A stretch of DNA of 13,223 nt. Source: Amoebophrya sp. A120. Taxonomy: Eukaryota > Protista > Dinoflagellata. The stretch spans positions 90,249-103,471 of the forward strand of contig CAJINV010000006.1 of assembly GCA_905178155.1 (NCBI GenBank). Reading direction: 5' to 3'. Position numbers and translations under genes: made by a program. Positions 9,834 to 13,223 of the stretch are shown in pieces; the stretch's first letter is position 1; the number at the start of each line of letters is the position of its first letter. The notes under the pieces were generated by a model, which was not told the origin of the DNA, ran no database searches, and saw only the letters and a program-made list of their open reading frames with translations.

Positions 9834-10198
9834 CGATTTTTGCCCCTCGAGAGAGGGGGGAGCAAGGTCCCGTTGCCGGGACCCTAGAAGCCGCCGAAAA
9901 AAAAGACGTCTCCCCGACCTAAAATATCGAAGGCAACCATGACGATTTTTGCCCCAGCAGAGGGCCAGGAGCAAGGTCCCATTGCCCGGACCGAAGAAAC
10001 CGTTACAAAAAAAAGCGTCCACCCGACAGAAAATATCGAAGTCAACCGAGACGATTTTTGCCCGAGCAGAGGGCCAGAAGCAAGGTCCCATTGCCCGGAC
10101 CCAAGAAACCGTTACAAAAAAAAGCGTCCGCCCGACCTAAAATATCGAAGTCAACCAAAACGATTTTTGCCCCAGCAGAGGGCCAGGAACCAGGTTCC
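9834..10198. repeat. Intergenic tandem repeat, 109-bp unit, about 3.4 copies
   Basis: CGATTTTTGCCC starts at 9834, 9943, 10052 and 10161. The first copy is the most diverged. Confidence 0.95.
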
Positions 10199-11823
10199 TT
10201 CGCTCGGGGGTTGTTATCAGAAGAAACACGACCCGATGAACAGCTGTACAACAACTCCGTTGGTACGTGAACCGCCTGCCAACGCCCGACGTTTTCAACC
10301 GTTTTTGGTTTATGAGTTGCACTATAAAGAGGCTCGCATCTTGATCTTCCAGTTCTTGCTCCAGGCCAAAAAGTTCCGGAGACAATTGTTTTTCTCCCAA
10401 CATGGAGAAAGAAACACTCTGCACGCTGTAGCGACGTCGCTCCTGAGTTTTCTACTACAAGGTCGTTGCACCTGTTTTAATAGTACTAAAAACCTCATGA
10501 AGTAGATCATTAGTGCTCGCTGCACCGTGTCAGAGTGACTCTGCTCATCATCATCATACACGCAATGGTAAGTACAGTATACGTTTCGTTGTTGTTTTTC
10601 TTGTTTACATGTATGAAAAAATTCAAATAAGTACACCAACAGAGCAGTGGTTGCAGCAACAACTACAGCGTGAAAAGCGAAAAAATGTTCCCTACTTGAC
10701 TCTCTCGTCCGTCGCTTTATCTAGAAAAATTGGGCACCTCGCTGAAGATGCAGCCTCAGAATAGTAGAATCCCGTGAAGAAGTAGACGGGTTGTTCGGGT
10801 TCTTGTAAGATTCTAAACAGGCGAAAAGTCGACAGAAAAGCGAAACCCTGGAAATCCTAAAGTCATGTCTCGTAATTTATCCAAATTTATCCTTGTTGTG
10901 CACTTAGCTGTTCAACATTGCGGAAAAGGGAGTGCAGCTTCTTCCAGAAGTTAACTAAAAAAATGCTGCACAAGAAAATTTGAAATAAACTGACTCAACA
11001 TCTTCTTCTACTCTAGTATCGCCGTTGTAGCCTCCAGACTTCTCGTGAAGATGAATTCGCTAAATAAGTGAGCCGGAAGCTGCACAGTAATTCTCCTACT
11101 TCGAGGAAGAAAGTACTGCGAATGTTGTGTTGCTCTTCATCGGGGTTGTGCTAATAAAATCATCGTACACGATACGAGTGGGTCGTGGTTGTTGGGTCCA
11201 GGGGTTTCGCTGAGCTTAAATGCAATCATACATGTAGTATCTCCTTGACCTTTTGAAAAAAATCCGACATAATTATACACGAACCTGCATCTGCTCGAAT
11301 AGTATCAAGGCTTTTATTACAGTGGTTTTGGAATAAAACTAAAAGCAATGGAGATCAGTAATATCGCTCAGCACCAGATTTCTATCTCCCCAGAACAAGA
11401 ACCAGTAAAAATCGCACGACAACAGCCAGACGCAAGTAGATACGGAATGCGGTACTCTACGGTATCAAAGTTGCTGCCGTGATAGATTATGCTGTATCTA
11501 TTGTTACAGAGTAGATCCAATGCTGGCACAACTAGCCAATATTATGATCGTCACTTGTTATGCCAAACGTATTAAACCGCCGGATACTATAAAAAATCGA
11601 GTGAAGATAATCTGGTTCTGGAGCACATGAAAATAAACAACTGTAGTGGTCGTCCACCTCACGACATTGCCACAACAACAAGCGAGAAAAGTTAGCTACT
11701 AGTTCCGTTTATTTCATCCGCTATCTTGTAGTTGAAACCGCGCAGTCCTTTGCTAGTAGCGAAATGACGAATAAGTCCTCGTCGTGCTCTCCTGCGTCGG
11801 CTCGGAGTAGACTCCAAGAATTT

Positions 11824-12678
11824 TTACAAGTCGGCGGAAAGCTGGACAGCTTTGCAACCCGCGTCGGCATACTCTGCGTGATCGAAATCCGGATTGATGC
11901 CTCGCGACAGTTCCGTATCCTGAGCAAAACCGTCCCCACCCCATAGTCAAGATGGGAAATCCGCTAGAGAAATCTGCCAGCTTTGGGTGTTGCGCATGAC
12001 AAGTTTGCCTTTGTAGTGTAATCGTGTTTAGCTTGTTCAGCAGCATCACAGATCTAGTCTATTATGCTGATTGGAGAACTGCAAATTACAAAACACGGCT
12101 AGAAAATGCTTGTCATGGGGCTCCGCATGAGAAACATTTTGAGCATGCAGATTTGCATGACAAGTATGGGGTGGTGACGTTTTTACAAATGATATTCCGG
12201 CACCCAGTAGACGTTAAACCCCTCATCGACGCCGTCGGTGGCGTATTAGAGTGCACACCCCCTTCTCCACCTCATTCGTATGGCATCAGCAGCATTACAA
12301 GCACCAGTACTACAGGTGACCCCTGTGCATGACAAGTTCATGCGCCGAGTGTAGAAGTACTGTTTGGATTTTTTCCGGAATTTGTCATGCACACTGTGCC
12401 ACAAGGTAGTAGCAACTGGATTTGGGGTTTTGCATGACAACTGGGGGGGGACGGGAAGTTGTGCACTTTCGTATGGCGGTGAAGAACACGCAATAGTCCA
12501 GCGCGAGGCCGAAAACGACGACGGACTTAATGCCCTCAGATTGCAGGTACTCGGTCAGCCCAGTGCCGTGGCCGCCGTCATCCAGAAACGCGGAGTAGCT
12601 GTCCCAGTCGGTGCGCGTGCCCTTCTGCTGGATTTTCTCGCCGGCGTCCACTGGCATGGCAATTTCCGCACCGTTGCT
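11824..12678 (-). CDS. Nicotinamidase/pyrazinamidase (PncA/Pnc1-like, isochorismatase family), spliced, 5'-partial
   Basis: Exons ~12678-12475, 12239-12196 and 11911-11824 total 336 nt: SNGAEIAMPVDAGEKIQQKGTRTDWDSYSAFLDDGGHGTGLTEYLQSEGIKSVVVFGLALDYCVFFTATDGVDEGFNVYWVPELSRGINPDFDHAEYADAGCKAVQLSADL*. It carries the catalytic Lys motif (KG...DSYSAF) and Cys motif (GLAxDYCV). Confidence 0.93.
11916..12194. mobile_element. Family E TIR element/introner (279 bp), TSD TTCCG, inverted relative to 8365-8643
   Basis: Ends are TATCCTGAGCAAAACCGTCCCCACCCCATAGTCAAG ... ATGGGGTGGTGACGTTTTTACAAATGATA. TTCCG lies at 11911-11915 and 12195-12199. Confidence 0.95.
12244..12473. mobile_element. Family B TIR element/introner (230 bp), TSD TGGCG
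   Basis: Ends are TATTAGAGTGCACACC ... GTTGTGCACTTTCGTA. TGGCG lies at 12239-12243 and 12474-12478. Removal gives DYCVFFTATDG. Confidence 0.93.
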
Positions 12679-12715
12679 TATCCAGTGCAAATATCGATCT
12701 GGGTCTGGAAGGATA
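12679..12715. mobile_element. Family A element end, truncated; the interior is replaced by repeats
   Basis: TATCCAGTGCAAATATCGATCTGGGTCTGGAAGG is an A-type TIR at the nicotinamidase exon boundary. The partner TIR is not in the window. Confidence 0.85.
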
Positions 12716-12744
12716 GTATAATAATAGTGGCAAAGGTTTTTTCA

Positions 12745-13066
12745 CTCCTAAGGAAGCTCCTAAGGAAGCTTCCTTACGGAAGTTGTCCCTTAAGAGGGCT
12801 TGCTAAGGAAAAGCCTTAAGCAAAATTATCTTAAGGCGTCCTCGCTTAAGAAGGTACGCCTTAAGGCGGGCTCGCTTAAGGCGTTCTCGCTTAAGGGAGC
12901 TCCTAAGGAGCTCCTTAGGAAGCTCCTAAGGAGCCCTTAGGACGCTCCTTAGGAAGTTCCTAAGGAGCCCTTAGGAGCCCCCTTAAGGGCCTAGCCCTTA
13001 AGGGAGAACTCCTTAAGGACCTAGCCCTTAAGGGAGAACTCCTTAAGGGCCTAGCTCCCTAAGGAG
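12745..13066. repeat. Array of short quasi-palindromes (CCTAAGG / CCTTAGG / CTTAAG) at roughly 10-15 bp spacing
   Basis: Seen directly, for example GAGCTCCTAAGGAGCTCCTTAGGAAGCTCCTAAGGAGCCCTTAGG. Confidence 0.9.
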
Positions 13067-13223
13067 CGCAAAGCTGGCAAAGCGCAAAGCTAGCAAAGGA
13101 AAAGGAAAAGGAAAAGGAAAAGCAAAAGCAAAGCGCAAAAAGCAAAGCGCAAAAAGCAAAGCGCAAAGCGCAAAAAGCAAAAAGCAAAGCGCAAAAAGCA
13201 AAGCGCAAAAAGCAAAGCGCAAA
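13067..13223. repeat. Purine-rich microsatellite, (GAAAAG)-like then (GCAAAAAGCAAAGC)n
   Basis: Seen directly, running to the end of the window. Confidence 0.95.

Noticed and set aside
9939-10764. ORFs of 63-188 aa in and after the 109-bp repeat
   Set aside because: They are partly repeat-derived, have no recognisable domain and show no consistent strand. A divergent gene in 8934-11823 cannot be excluded.
12364-12819. Plus-strand 151-aa ORF and similar antisense ORFs (6230-6697, 7538-8488)
   Set aside because: They are shadows of GC-rich minus-strand exons that run through elements and repeats.
12745-13066. Telomeric TTAGG-type repeats
   Set aside because: The motifs are palindromic, mixed in orientation and separated by spacers, so this is not a polar tandem array.
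1-13223. Autonomous transposase or a named transposon superfamily for the elements
   Set aside because: No DDE, tyrosine-recombinase or reverse-transcriptase motif is recognisable. TA-termini with 5-bp TSDs are not enough for me to assign a superfamily.

Overview
Eukaryotic genomic window with three co-oriented minus-strand genes, hidden from the ORF track because they are split by short TIR elements. The genes are a peptidase C45/Ntn-hydrolase (3' end missing), a ~529-aa repeat protein with DUF4116-like units, and a nicotinamidase/isochorismatase (5' end missing). I find 12 complete and 2 truncated non-autonomous elements of 209-391 bp in about 5 families. They have TA(T)...(A)TA-type terminal inverted repeats and 5-bp target-site duplications (TSDs). 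Removing each exonic element plus one TSD copy restores the reading frame in all 11 cases checked by hand, yet only one gives GT-AG ends. They therefore look like transposon-derived non-canonical introns (introners), as described for the parasitic dinoflagellate Amoebophrya; the organism is an inference. Both window ends lie in repeat arrays that abut truncated elements: a 229-bp dimeric satellite on the left and palindromic/microsatellite repeats on the right. No transposase is visible. Exon boundaries are uncertain by up to 5 nt because of the TSDs.
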